Source: an uncultured Acidobacteriota bacterium (GTDB lineage Bacteria > Acidobacteriota > Thermoanaerobaculia > UBA5066 > Gp7-AA6). Taken from it: a stretch of DNA of 64,000 nt. Below are positions 49,936 to 58,333 of this stretch, in pieces; positions within the stretch are counted from its first letter, which is position 1; every line of letters begins with the position of its first letter. The notes below the pieces were generated by a model. It was given only the letters and a program-made list of their open reading frames with translations. It was not told where the DNA came from and made no database searches. Where the stretch lies: contig CAVRUT010000003.1 in assembly GCA_963724465.1 (NCBI GenBank), positions 142,854-206,853 of the forward strand, written 5' to 3'. The translations under genes were made by a program, and so were the position numbers.

Positions 49936-50877
49936 ATGCGTGTTCAATTTCTGAAAGGCTTGTCCCTGGTGGTTCTCGTTTGCTGTCTCGGTATCGTGGT
50001 CGGCTGCGCAGATATGGAGTACGTCCCCGGCGGCCAGTATTTCTTCTACCACAAGGAGTTGCCCGCTTCGAAGAGGGCCATCGCGGCGGCCCGGAGCGCC
50101 GGAAAGGACAAGGAGTGTCCGGCGGACTTCGCGGCTGCCGAGAAGCTCATGAAGGACGCCTACGCGCTCTACTACGCCTGTCACACCAAGGAGGCGATCG
50201 CCAAGGCCAACGAAGCGATCGCCAAGGCCAAAGCGCTCTGCCCGCCCAAGCCGACTCCGACGCCGGCGCCCGCCCCGCCGGTCGCGCCCGCTCCGACAAT
50301 CTCTCTTTCGGCGGCTTCGAGCTCGATCGCGTCGGGCGCGTGCACGAGTCTGAACTGGACCACGGCGAACGCGAGCAAGGTCTCGATCGACCAGGGCGTG
50401 GGAAGCGTCGAGGAGAACGGTTCTCGGCAGGTGTGTCCGACGAGCACCACCCGCTACACGTTGACCGCGACGGGACCGGGAGGGTCCCGCACCGACTCGA
50501 CGACGGTGACCGTAACGGAGAAGGCCAAGCCGACCGACCGCCTCACGATTCACGTCAACTTCGACACGAACAAGTCCGACATCCGCAAGGCCGACGTCGG
50601 GGATCTGCAGAAGGCCGAGCAGTTCGTCCGGAAGTACCCGAACTGCAAGATCGAGGTCGACGGCTACACGGACTCCACGGGCTCCGATTCCTACAACATG
50701 CGCCTCTCCGAGAAGCGCGCCGAGGCCGTCAAGAAGTATCTCCTCGACCATCAGGCCGTCGCGGCCGACAAGATCTCGATCAAGGGTTTCGGCAAGAGCA
50801 ACCCAATCGCCGACAACAAGACCGTCAAGGGCCGTTTCGAGAACCGCAGGGCCGAGATCCTGATCTTCTGCCAGTAA
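49936..50877 (+). CDS. OmpA-family lipoprotein
   Basis: ATG 49936 follows AGGAGGAAGG. Lipobox LGIVVGC. C-terminal OmpA domain (VNFDTNKSDI...VDGYTDSTGSDSYNMRLSEKRAEAV...NRRAEI). Confidence 0.85.
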   Translation: MRVQFLKGLSLVVLVCCLGIVVGCADMEYVPGGQYFFYHKELPASKRAIAAARSAGKDKECPADFAAAEKLMKDAYALYYACHTKEAIAKANEAIAKAKALCPPKPTPTPAPAPPVAPAPTISLSAASSSIASGACTSLNWTTANASKVSIDQGVGSVEENGSRQVCPTSTTRYTLTATGPGGSRTDSTTVTVTEKAKPTDRLTIHVNFDTNKSDIRKADVGDLQKAEQFVRKYPNCKIEVDGYTDSTGSDSYNMRLSEKRAEAVKKYLLDHQAVAADKISIKGFGKSNPIADNKTVKGRFENRRAEILIFCQ

Positions 50878-50904
50878 GGGATCGCCGCCAGATTCGAAGC
50901 CGCC

Positions 50905-50944
50905 GGGCCGGCACTCCCTCGCGGGGGTGCCGGCCCTGTTGTTT
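50905..50944 (+). terminator. rho-independent terminator
   Basis: GGGCCGGCAC - 12-nt loop - GTGCCGGCCC followed by TGTTGTTT. Confidence 0.6.
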
Positions 50945-51005
50945 GGCCGGCGCCCGGCCCGTTTGCCCGCTGGCGAGCCCTTGTGCTAACTTTCGCGCCC
51001 CGTTT

Positions 51006-51080
51006 GGCCCATTCGTCTAACGGTTAGGACGCGGCCCTCTCAAGGCCGAAATACGGGTTCGATTCCCGTATGGGCTACCA
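51006..51080 (+). tRNA. tRNA-Glu(CTC)
   Basis: GGCCCATTCGTCTAACGGTTAGGACGCGGCCCTCTCAAGGCCGAAATACGGGTTCGATTCCCGTATGGGCTACCA. The anticodon loop CTCTCAA gives CTC. Confidence 0.9.
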
Positions 51081-51172
51081 CGATCCCTCGGCTCTGTAAG
51101 TTTCTACCACTCAAATCAAAGGCCTTAACCTCGCGCTCGGCCTCCCCTTGCATGCTGCCAATCCGTGTGCTA

Positions 51173-51198
51173 TATACTGAACCATATGGTTCAGTATA
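51173..51198. promoter_or_regulatory. perfect 26-bp palindrome (putative ArsR operator) spanning the ArsR start codon
   Basis: TATACTGAACCATATGGTTCAGTATA. The central CATATG contains ATG 51186. Confidence 0.55.
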
Positions 51199-51551
51199 CG
51201 CGGGCCCGCCTCGATGCCTCGTTCGCCGCGCTCTCGGACGCCACCCGACGCGGCGTTCTGGAGCAGCTCGGCCGTTCCGACGCTTCGATCACGGACCTTG
51301 CCGAGAGGTTCCACATGACCCTCACGGGCATGAAGAAGCACGTCGGCGTCTTGGAGCAGGCCGGGCTCGTCACCACGGAAAAGGTCGGGCGCGTGCGGAC
51401 CTGCAAGGTCGGCCCGCGCCGATTGGAGGAAGAGACGGCCTGGATCGAGAGGTATCGCCAGCTCTGGGACGCACGCTTCGACGAGCTGGACAAAGTTGTC
51501 GAGGAATTGAAACGGAAGGAGAAGGTCGATGGACGCAAGAAGAGAGAGTGA
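51186..51551 (+). CDS. ArsR/SmtB-family transcriptional regulator
   Basis: FAALSDATRRGVLEQLGRSDASITDLAERFHMTLTGMKKHVGVLEQAGLV is a winged-helix ArsR pattern. An alternative GTG start lies at 51165. Confidence 0.8.
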   Translation: MVQYTRARLDASFAALSDATRRGVLEQLGRSDASITDLAERFHMTLTGMKKHVGVLEQAGLVTTEKVGRVRTCKVGPRRLEEETAWIERYRQLWDARFDELDKVVEELKRKEKVDGRKKRE

Positions 51552-51561
51552 GGTTGCCCCC

Positions 51562-52044
51562 ATGAAGAACCGTACGACGGTGGAGCGGAAGTCCGAGCGT
51601 GAGCTCGTCGTCACGCGAACTTTCAACGGCCCGGCGCGCCTCGTGTTCGAGGCGTGGACCAAGCCCGAGCTGTTCAGGCAGTGGTGGGTGCCGAAGTCGA
51701 TGGGAATGTCCCTGCTTTCCTGCGAAATGGATGTTCGTGTCGGGGGCAGGTACCGTTTGGAGTTCGCACACGGGGACTCACAGTCGGCGTTCTTCGGCAC
51801 GTACAAGGAAGTAACACCGCACTCGCGCCTCGTCTGGACCAATGAGGAAAGTGACGAGGGTTCCGTCACGACCGTGACCTTCGCGGAAAAAGGCGGCAAG
51901 ACGTTGCTGGTCATGCACGAGCTTTATCCCTCGAAGGAAGCTCTCGACGCCGCCGGCACCGGGGCGGCGGATGCGATGGGAGAGACGTTCGAGCAACTGG
52001 ACGAGCTTCTCGCAGCCCTGGGCGCGAGCGTGGGACGGTCATGA
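51562..52044 (+). CDS. SRPBCC / AHSA1-like domain protein
   Basis: RTFNGPARLVFEAWTKPELFRQWW...GGRYRLEF...FFGTYKEVTPHSRLVWT. This is the usual partner of ArsR-type regulators. Confidence 0.75.
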   Translation: MKNRTTVERKSERELVVTRTFNGPARLVFEAWTKPELFRQWWVPKSMGMSLLSCEMDVRVGGRYRLEFAHGDSQSAFFGTYKEVTPHSRLVWTNEESDEGSVTTVTFAEKGGKTLLVMHELYPSKEALDAAGTGAADAMGETFEQLDELLAALGASVGRS

Positions 52045-52382
52045 ACTCGTCGACCTTCCGGTCCGCCGCCTGGCTCATTCGTTCTAACTTCGATCCCTCG
52101 TGGCACACCATGAGCGAGTGGGCAATCGGTCCTCATGGCTGACCTCGCGCGCTGCTTGCCCCGGCCGGCATGGCTCACATGCAGGCCGGGGCTACCGGGC
52201 CGCGCCGTGAAAATTCGACGACGACGTTCTCGATCGGGGCGCCCTCGACGTGGGCCGTCTTGACTCGCCTCCTTGGTCCCACGACCCTGCTTCGGCAACG
52301 ACCTGCTCCGGTTCTCCGGCGCCCCCCGAAGTCACGGGTGGCGCCGGCATCACCATCCGCGCACGCGTAGCAAGACTTGGGA

Positions 52383-52459
52383 TCAAGCGGCCCGAAGCGA
52401 CTCTAGATCCCGCAGGAACTGGGCCAGCTGGTTCCATGTAAGGCCCGTATGGGCTACCA
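52383..52459 (+). repeat. tRNA-Glu-derived unit A (ends with the 16-nt tRNA 3' core)
   Basis: The core CCCGTATGGGCTACCA at 52444-52459 is identical to tRNA positions 51065-51080. It is preceded by a GGTTCCA T-loop-like segment. Confidence 0.85.
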
Positions 52460-52488
52460 GTTCAACCCCCACTCCAAGTCTCACGCCG

Positions 52489-52581
52489 CGTCCTGCGGAC
52501 GCAGCCCTCTCAAGGCGGCACCTCTGAGCGCGCCCTTTCGGGCGCGACACGGGTTCGAACTGGCGCCCGTATGGGCTACCA
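52489..52581 (+). repeat. pseudo-tRNA-Glu unit B with ~30-nt hairpin insertion
   Basis: GGACGCAGCCCTCTCAAGGCGGC [ACCTCTGAGCGCGCCCTTTCGGGCGCGAC] ACGGGTTCGAACTGGCGCCCGTATGGGCTACCA, compared with the tRNA GGACGCGGCCCTCTCAAGGCCGAAATACGGGTTCGATTCCCGTATGGGCTACCA. Confidence 0.8.
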
Positions 52582-52671
52582 GCAACCTCGTCACCATAAG
52601 CGGCGCCGTTCTACGTCCACGGCTCTCTCTGCGCCTACCTGGAATAGGATTTCCTGGCGGAGGGAATCGTC

Positions 52672-53361
52672 ATGTCTGGGAAACCGCGATCTGTAGTTCT
52701 CGTCCACGGCGGCTTCGTCGACGGCTCGGGCTGGGAAGGCGTCTATAGGATCCTGAGGAAGGACGGCTACACGGTCGGCATCGTCCAGAATCCGACGACC
52801 TCGTTGGCCGACGACGTCGCGACAACCAGACGCGCCATCGCCGCCCAGGGGGATCCCGTGATTCTGGTCGGCCACTCGTACGGCGGCGCCGTCATCACCG
52901 AAGCCGGCAATGACCCCAAGGTGGTCGGGCTCGTCTACATCACCGCGTTTGCTCCAGATCAGGGCGAGTCCGTCGCTGGCCTCATCAAGGACCCCCCGCC
53001 AGGAGCTCCCGTGCCGCCAATCCTGCCACCCCAGGACGGCTACCTCTTCCTCGACAGGGCGAAGTTCCCCGCCTCGTTCGCGGCCGACGTGGAGGCAGAG
53101 AAGGCTGCATTCATGGCCGACTCCCAGGTCCCGTGGGGCGTCCAGGCGTTGAGCGGCACGATCACGACGCCGGCATGGAAGAGCAAACCGAGCTGGTACC
53201 TGCTCGTTACCGAGGACAAAATGATCCCGCTTGCAGCCCAGCGCTTCATGTCGAAACGTGCTGGCTCGACGGTGGTCGAGGTTGGGGGCAGCCACGCGAT
53301 TTACGTCTCGCAACCGGAGGCGGTGGCCGCTCTCATCGAACGAGCCGCCAAGGAAGCGTGA
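52672..53361 (+). CDS. alpha/beta hydrolase
   Basis: VVLVHGGFVDGSGW...ILVGHSYGG (nucleophile elbow GxSxG)...GSHAIYVSQPE. Confidence 0.8.
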   Translation: MSGKPRSVVLVHGGFVDGSGWEGVYRILRKDGYTVGIVQNPTTSLADDVATTRRAIAAQGDPVILVGHSYGGAVITEAGNDPKVVGLVYITAFAPDQGESVAGLIKDPPPGAPVPPILPPQDGYLFLDRAKFPASFAADVEAEKAAFMADSQVPWGVQALSGTITTPAWKSKPSWYLLVTEDKMIPLAAQRFMSKRAGSTVVEVGGSHAIYVSQPEAVAALIERAAKEA

Positions 53362-53404
53362 CGACGAGGCTGGCCGATCGTTGAGAGAGTGAGGTAGCCC
53401 AAGA

Positions 53405-53484
53405 TCACGCGGCGCACCTCAAGGACGCAAGGTCTCGGAGGAAGGCTGCGATCTGGTTCCAACTCCGGCCCGTATGGGCTACCA
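53405..53484 (+). repeat. tRNA-Glu-derived unit C
   Basis: Core at 53469-53484. The left part TCACGCGGCGCACCTCAAGGACGCAAGG...CTGGTTCCA is homologous to units B and D. Confidence 0.85.
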
Positions 53485-54403
53485 CGAGCTTCCCGGATTC
53501 CTCAGTCACGCGCCGAGGCCTCTCCGGCCAGATCGGGCAGGAGATAATCCCCGCGTGCCAGCGACTTCCTGGCGTGGCCCGCGCGCGCCGCTGCGTCTTC
53601 TGAGCTACCTCGCACCGAGCCTTCCCGAGAGCCTCTTCGAGCTCCTCGCGGAAGCGATCGCGGCCGGAACGGGGCGCCGCGTCACCGTGGACTTCGAGAC
53701 CAGCGTCTCCGGGCCCGTGCCCGAGACCGATCCCTTTGCCTCCGGCCGCGCCGATGCGGCCTTCGTGTGTGGCCCTTCCTACGCGCTGCTGCGCTCGGCC
53801 GGAGTGCCGGTGGAAATCGTGCCGGCCGCCGCTGTCTTCGACGATCCGCGTAACCATGGCCACCCCGTCTATTTCTCGGATGTCGTGGTCCGTCGCGATC
53901 ATCCGGCCCGCGCCCTGGCGGACCTGCGGGGAGCGGTCTGGACCTACAACGATCGGCAGTCCCTCTCGGGTTGGCATCGCATGCTGGCCCGACTCGTGGG
54001 GCTCGGCCTCGGCGCACCCGAGCACTTCTTCTCGCGCATCGTCGCCTCGGGGGCGCACGTAAGATCGATCGAGCTGGTGTCCCGCGGCGAGGCCGACCTT
54101 TCCGCCGTCGACTCGAATGTGCTTCTCTTGGAGCGCCGCCGCGACCCCGACCTCGACTGCCGGCTTCGCGTGCTGGAATCCTGGGGCCCTTCGGCGATCC
54201 AGCCCGTTCTCGTCCGGTCCGCGCTCGATCCGGTGCTCAAGGCCTCGATCGCCGACATCCTTCTGGCACTCCACCGCGACACGAAGATAGCGTCCCGGCT
54301 GGCCGCCTTCGGTGTCTTGTGTTTCGCGAGCGTGGACGAGGCAACATACCTCCGGCTTGGAACGGAGGACGTGCCTGCGGGGACCCGGAGCGTGGCCTCT
54401 TGA
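53474..54403 (+). CDS. PhnD/SsuA-like substrate-binding-fold protein
   Basis: LRLLSYLAPSLPE...DAAFVCGPSYALL...VYFSDVVVRRDHP...LSGWHRMLARL...DLSAVDSNVL. The ATG 53474 of the ORF track lies inside the tRNA core repeat. GTG 53555, 11 nt after AGGAG, is the more likely start. Confidence 0.6.
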   Translation: MGYHELPGFLSHAPRPLRPDRAGDNPRVPATSWRGPRAPLRLLSYLAPSLPESLFELLAEAIAAGTGRRVTVDFETSVSGPVPETDPFASGRADAAFVCGPSYALLRSAGVPVEIVPAAAVFDDPRNHGHPVYFSDVVVRRDHPARALADLRGAVWTYNDRQSLSGWHRMLARLVGLGLGAPEHFFSRIVASGAHVRSIELVSRGEADLSAVDSNVLLLERRRDPDLDCRLRVLESWGPSAIQPVLVRSALDPVLKASIADILLALHRDTKIASRLAAFGVLCFASVDEATYLRLGTEDVPAGTRSVAS

Positions 54404-54431
54404 AGGCCATAACGTCTTCACGCCGTTGACC

Positions 54432-54511
54432 TCACGCGGCGTGCTTCAAGTCCCCGAAGTCACGGAGCAAGGCCGCAATCTGGTTCCATCTCGGGCCCGT
54501 ATGGGCTACCA
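54432..54511 (+). repeat. tRNA-Glu-derived unit D
   Basis: Core at 54496-54511. ...GAGCAAGGCCGCAATCTGGTTCCATCTCGGGCCCGTATGGGCTACCA retains the CAAGGCCG of the tRNA anticodon arm. Confidence 0.85.
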
Positions 54512-54539
54512 GATCCATCCCGGCTTCGTCGTTCCCATG

Positions 54540-54670
54540 CCGCGTCCTCGGACGCAGCCCTCTCGAAGCGACACCTTTGCTCTTTGAACCGCGCGCCCTT
54601 GCGCGCGCGTCACGGGTCACGCTCTTCGGGAATTGGTCGCTCGGGAGCGGGGTTCGAAGAGCCGTAGAGC
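54540..54670 (+). repeat. decayed pseudo-tRNA-Glu unit D' (B-like)
   Basis: CCGCGTCCTCGGACGCAGCCCTCTCGAAGCGACACCT...GCGCGCCCTTGCGCGCGCGTCACGGGTC...GGGGTTCGAAGAGCCGTAGAGCG parallels unit B, but its core is degraded. Confidence 0.55.
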
Positions 54671-54684
54671 GAAGGAGTCTCGCG

Positions 54685-55650
54685 ATGAAGCGTCTTCTTC
54701 CGGTGACAGCCCTGCTCCTGGCCTGCCTCACTCCTGCCCCCGTTTCCTCTCAGCAGGCGCAACCCACTCCGACGCCGCCTCCGGCCTCGCCGCCCGCCAT
54801 GGACGATCTTCGCTTCATCCGGATGAAGATCTCGGCCGGGGACCTCTCGAGCGCCGAGTCGATCCTCGAGGTCCACCGCGCCGCCAAAGGCGAGGACGGG
54901 GAGTACCTGCTCGGGCTCGCATGGCTCGCGCGGGGAGCGGCGCTGACGGGCGACTGGGCGGAGGCCTCACGGTACGCCAGAGCCGCCCGCGAACTCGCGG
55001 CCTCGACGCTCGGCATGCCCGCCGACTACCCGAACCACTCCGAGGCGACGTACGCGCTCGGCACGTCGATCGAGGTCGAGGCGCAGGTCCTCGTCGCCGA
55101 CGGCAAGAAAACGGAAGCGATCCGCCTCCTCGACGTTAGCTCCCGAAACCTCGAGACGGCGCCGTACAACGTGCGGGCGCGCATCTGGAAGCGCCGGAAT
55201 CAGATCGAACTCGTCGGCCAGAGGGCTCCCGCCTTCCGCGCGGAGGACCGTATCGGGCTGGAGTTCGCGGGGCTCGAGTCGCTGCGCGGAAAGCCCGTCG
55301 TCCTGTTCTTCTGGTGGCAAGCCTGCGGCGATTGCAAGCAGCAGGCGGCGGCCTTCCGCCGGGCGGTCGAGAAGTACGCTCCCAGGGGTGTCGCGTTCGT
55401 CGCGCCGACGCGCTTCTACGACGAGGACCGCTCCGAGGAGAAGGCGAGGATCGAAAAGTCCTGGAGCGACGTTTACGGCCTCGCCGGCTCGGTCCCCGTG
55501 CCGATCAGCAACGAGGCCATGCTCCGATACGGCGTGTCGGCGACCCCGACCTTTGCTTTCGTCGACCGCAACGGCCTGGTCACCCGGTACCTGCCCTACC
55601 GCATGACGGAAGAGCGACTGTCGGCGGCGATCGAGGAGCTGCTGCGGTAA
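54685..55650 (+). CDS. secreted TlpA/redoxin-like thiol-disulfide oxidoreductase with helical N-terminal domain
   Basis: ATG 54685 follows GAAGGAG. Signal MKRLLPVTALLLACLTPAPVSS. Thioredoxin fold with GKPVVLFFWWQACGDCKQQ (CxxC = CGDC) and ATPTFAFVDRNG. Confidence 0.7.
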   Translation: MKRLLPVTALLLACLTPAPVSSQQAQPTPTPPPASPPAMDDLRFIRMKISAGDLSSAESILEVHRAAKGEDGEYLLGLAWLARGAALTGDWAEASRYARAARELAASTLGMPADYPNHSEATYALGTSIEVEAQVLVADGKKTEAIRLLDVSSRNLETAPYNVRARIWKRRNQIELVGQRAPAFRAEDRIGLEFAGLESLRGKPVVLFFWWQACGDCKQQAAAFRRAVEKYAPRGVAFVAPTRFYDEDRSEEKARIEKSWSDVYGLAGSVPVPISNEAMLRYGVSATPTFAFVDRNGLVTRYLPYRMTEERLSAAIEELLR

Positions 55651-56039
55651 CCCGGAGATTCGACGGTCAGCTCTCGCGGGAGTGGGTTACCGGCTCATGT
55701 TCCCGCCGCTCGGCCCAGACGGAACGGGCACCCCGGTCGAAAGCACGGCAATCCCGACGAGAGCCCCGATGCCCGTATAGGCGACGCTTGCCGCCGCTCG
55801 GGGGACCCCTGATGTAAACGAATCTCGTGCAGGCCCGGGTTACTCCTTACACTTCCCACTCGTCGAAATGCCGGAGCCGAAGACGTTTGCGAACGTAACT
55901 ATCTGTAAATGCGACTGTTATAGTCAGACCGACACGCCAGACGATAGATCGGGAGCCCTTGGAGCGGAAATCTTGAATAGAATCCGCCAGCTTGCCCGTA
56001 CCGGGCTTCATTGCAAATTGGAGTGAAGGAGGAGAAAGC

Positions 56040-56768
56040 ATGGTTAACAGATCTCGAGGGTGGGTCGTGGCGCTTGCCGCGTGCCTGATGCTGGCGTTCG
56101 CCGGCGTCGCCGCGGCGCAATATTCGGTCGTCGCCGTCATGCCCGACGGCACGGTGATCCTTAGGAGTCCCGCCGGTGTCCGTTCTTATCAGGTCCCGGC
56201 TGGCACCACGTTCAACGCCGACGGCAAGCCCGACGTCGCGGTTGCGGACCTCAAGCCCGGCATGCAGGTGACCGGGTTCGAGTCCGGCATCGCGAGCTGG
56301 AAGAGCACCAACGTGATGGTTCATGAGGAGCTCAACGCCGAGGTCGTCGCGGCCGCCGGCAACTCGCTCCTCATCAAGGGTGCGAAGGGCGTCGAGAAGT
56401 ACCAATGGAAGGAATCCAGCGAAATCACGATCGTCAAGGACGGCAAGGTCGTGGACGCCTCGTCCATCCACGTCGGCGATCGGATCACCGGCATGATCGT
56501 CCAGAAGTCCGTGGCACCTCCGCCGGCGGCGCCGCCGGTCGCTGCCGCAGCGCCGCCCCCGGCCGCCCCACCCCCGGCGCCGACCAAGGTGGTCGAAAAG
56601 CCGGCACCCGCACCGGCTCCGGCCCCCGCCGCGGCCCCGGCTCCGGCTCCGGAGAAGAAGCTCCCGAAGACGGCGAGCGAAGTGCCGGCGGCGGGCCTCC
56701 TCGGCGCCCTCGCCCTCGCGGCCGGCGCCGGTCTCACCGCGATCCGGAAGTCCCGCTCCGCGAAGTAG
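56040..56768 (+). CDS. secreted Pro/Ala-rich protein with LPxT(A/G)-type C-terminal sorting signal
   Basis: ATG 56040 follows GAAGGAGGAG. Signal WVVALAACLMLAFAGVAAA. C-terminus LPKTAS-EVPAAGLLGALALAAGAGLTAI-RKSRSAK. Confidence 0.7.
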   Translation: MVNRSRGWVVALAACLMLAFAGVAAAQYSVVAVMPDGTVILRSPAGVRSYQVPAGTTFNADGKPDVAVADLKPGMQVTGFESGIASWKSTNVMVHEELNAEVVAAAGNSLLIKGAKGVEKYQWKESSEITIVKDGKVVDASSIHVGDRITGMIVQKSVAPPPAAPPVAAAAPPPAAPPPAPTKVVEKPAPAPAPAPAAAPAPAPEKKLPKTASEVPAAGLLGALALAAGAGLTAIRKSRSAK

Positions 56769-56916
56769 CGTTTTCCCGCGTTTTCCTCGATGTGCCCGCC
56801 CCCGCGGCGGGCACATCTGTTTTCGGCCCCCGTCACATGTCGTCGCCCGCACGAAGGGCACCGTAAGGGACCGAGAAAAGGGGGCCGTCCGCTCCTCTGC
56901 GCTACTCTTGCGCTCC

Positions 56917-58333
56917 ATGCCGCGCACCAAGATCGTCTGCACGATCGGGCCTGCCTCTCGCTCGCCCGACGCGCTCGAGCGCCTGGTCGCGGCCGGAATG
57001 GACGTGGCGCGCCTGAACTTCTCGCACGGCACCCACGAGGAGCACGCGGCCGTCATCGCCGCCCTGCGGCGGATCGCCTCCGGGGTCCGGCGCCCGATCG
57101 CGATCCTCCAGGACCTCGCGGGCATCAAGATCCGCATCGGGGACGTCGCCGGCGGGCCCGTCCGTCTCGACGCCGGCGCGTCCTTCACGCTGACAAGCCG
57201 CTCCGTCCCCGGCGACGCGCGGCAGGTCTCGGTCAGCTTTCCGGACCTGCCGGCAGCGTCCATCCGGGCGACCGCCTCCTGCTCGCCGACGGCGAGATCG
57301 AGCTGCGCGCCGAGACGATGACGCCGACGGACATCCGCTGCCGGGTCGTCGCCGGCGGACCGCTCTCCTCCCACAAGGGGATCAGCCTGCCGGCCGGCTC
57401 GATCGCCGCGCCCGGCCTGACCGAAAAGGACCGCGGACGACCTCGCGTTCGGCGTCGCCCAGGGGGTGGATTACGTGGCCCTCTCGTTCGTCCGGTCGGC
57501 GGACGACGTCCGGCGAGCCCGGGCCTTCATCGCGGATCGCGGCGCCTCGATCCCGCTCGTCGCGAAGATCGAGAAGCACGAGGCCCTCGGACGCGATCGA
57601 CGCGATCCTCGCCGAGGCGGACGGACTCATGGTCGCCCGCGGCGACCTCGGCGTCGAGACGCCGCTCGAGCACGTTCCGCTGCTGCAGAAGATGCTCATC
57701 GAGAAGTCGAACCGGGCCGGCAAGCCCGTCATCACGGCCACCCAGATGCTGCTGTCCATGGTCGAGAGCCCGCGGCCCACGCGCGCCGAGGTCGGCGACG
57801 TCGCCAACGCGATCCTCGACGGCACCGACGCCGTGATGCTTTCCGAGGAGACGGCGTCCGGGCGCTACCCGGTCGAGGCGGTCGCGACGATGCGGCGCAT
57901 CGCGGACGACACCGAGGCGGCGTTCCCGTTCGAGCGGTGGATGCGCCGCTTCGAGGACAGCAGCCTCCAGGGCCTGCCCGAGGCCGTCGCGGGGGCGGCA
58001 TGCGAGCTGGCCGAGCACATCGGCGCCTCGGTCATCGTCGCCTGGACCGAGTCGGGGGCTACGGCACGCCTGGTCGCCAAGCACCGGCCCCGCAGCCCGA
58101 TCCTGGCCCTTTCGTCGGTCCCCTCGACCGCGAGGCGCCTGGCTCTCGTCTGGGGCGTCATACCCGTCGTGGCGGAGGCAGGAGGCAGCACGGACGCGAT
58201 GATGGAGGCCGCGCCGGCCCTGGCCGCCGCCGCGGGGCTCCTGCGTTCAGGCGAGAAGGCGGTCATCACCGCCGGCATCCCGATGGGCGTCGCCGGCAGC
58301 ACGAACCTCATCAAGGCGGCCGTCGCCCCGTGA
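56917..58333 (+). CDS. pyk: pyruvate kinase (three frame breaks)
   Basis: [14 protein letters not shown]...[51 protein letters not shown]...ATQMLLSM...[27 protein letters not shown]. Breaks near 57258, 57434 and 57590. Confidence 0.9.

Noticed and set aside
52383-54511. A conserved 25-codon minus-strand frame crosses tRNA-Glu-derived units A, C and D (LVAHTG..WNQ(I/L)A..LRD(L/F)..L(R/K).AA-stop), with differences mostly at third positions. It looked like the C-terminus of a split integrase-like gene.
   Set aside because: VAHTG is simply the reverse translation of the tRNA acceptor/T-stem core, and WNQ is the GGTTCCA T-loop-like segment. The units align to the tRNA itself from the D stem onward. 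Sequence upstream of the core is unrelated between copies, and no long ORF carries it. It is best explained as a by-product of tRNA-derived sequence. I keep it only as a note.
51081-55700. I looked for an integrase, excisionase, transposase or phage genes to explain the tRNA-Glu repeats.
   Set aside because: None of the six-frame ORFs in this interval shows recombinase motifs such as R..H..R..Y or DDE. The long minus ORF 51111-51914 is antisense to ArsR/SRPBCC, and 53405-54421 is antisense to the PhnD-like gene. No mobile element can be called here.
55651-56039. The low-GC region upstream of the LPKTAS protein might encode a small minus-strand membrane peptide (hydrophobic stretch AAASVAYTGIGALVGIAVLSTGV).
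   Set aside because: No start codon is in frame before the hydrophobic stretch, and a stop lies immediately upstream. I treat it as a promoter or intergenic region.
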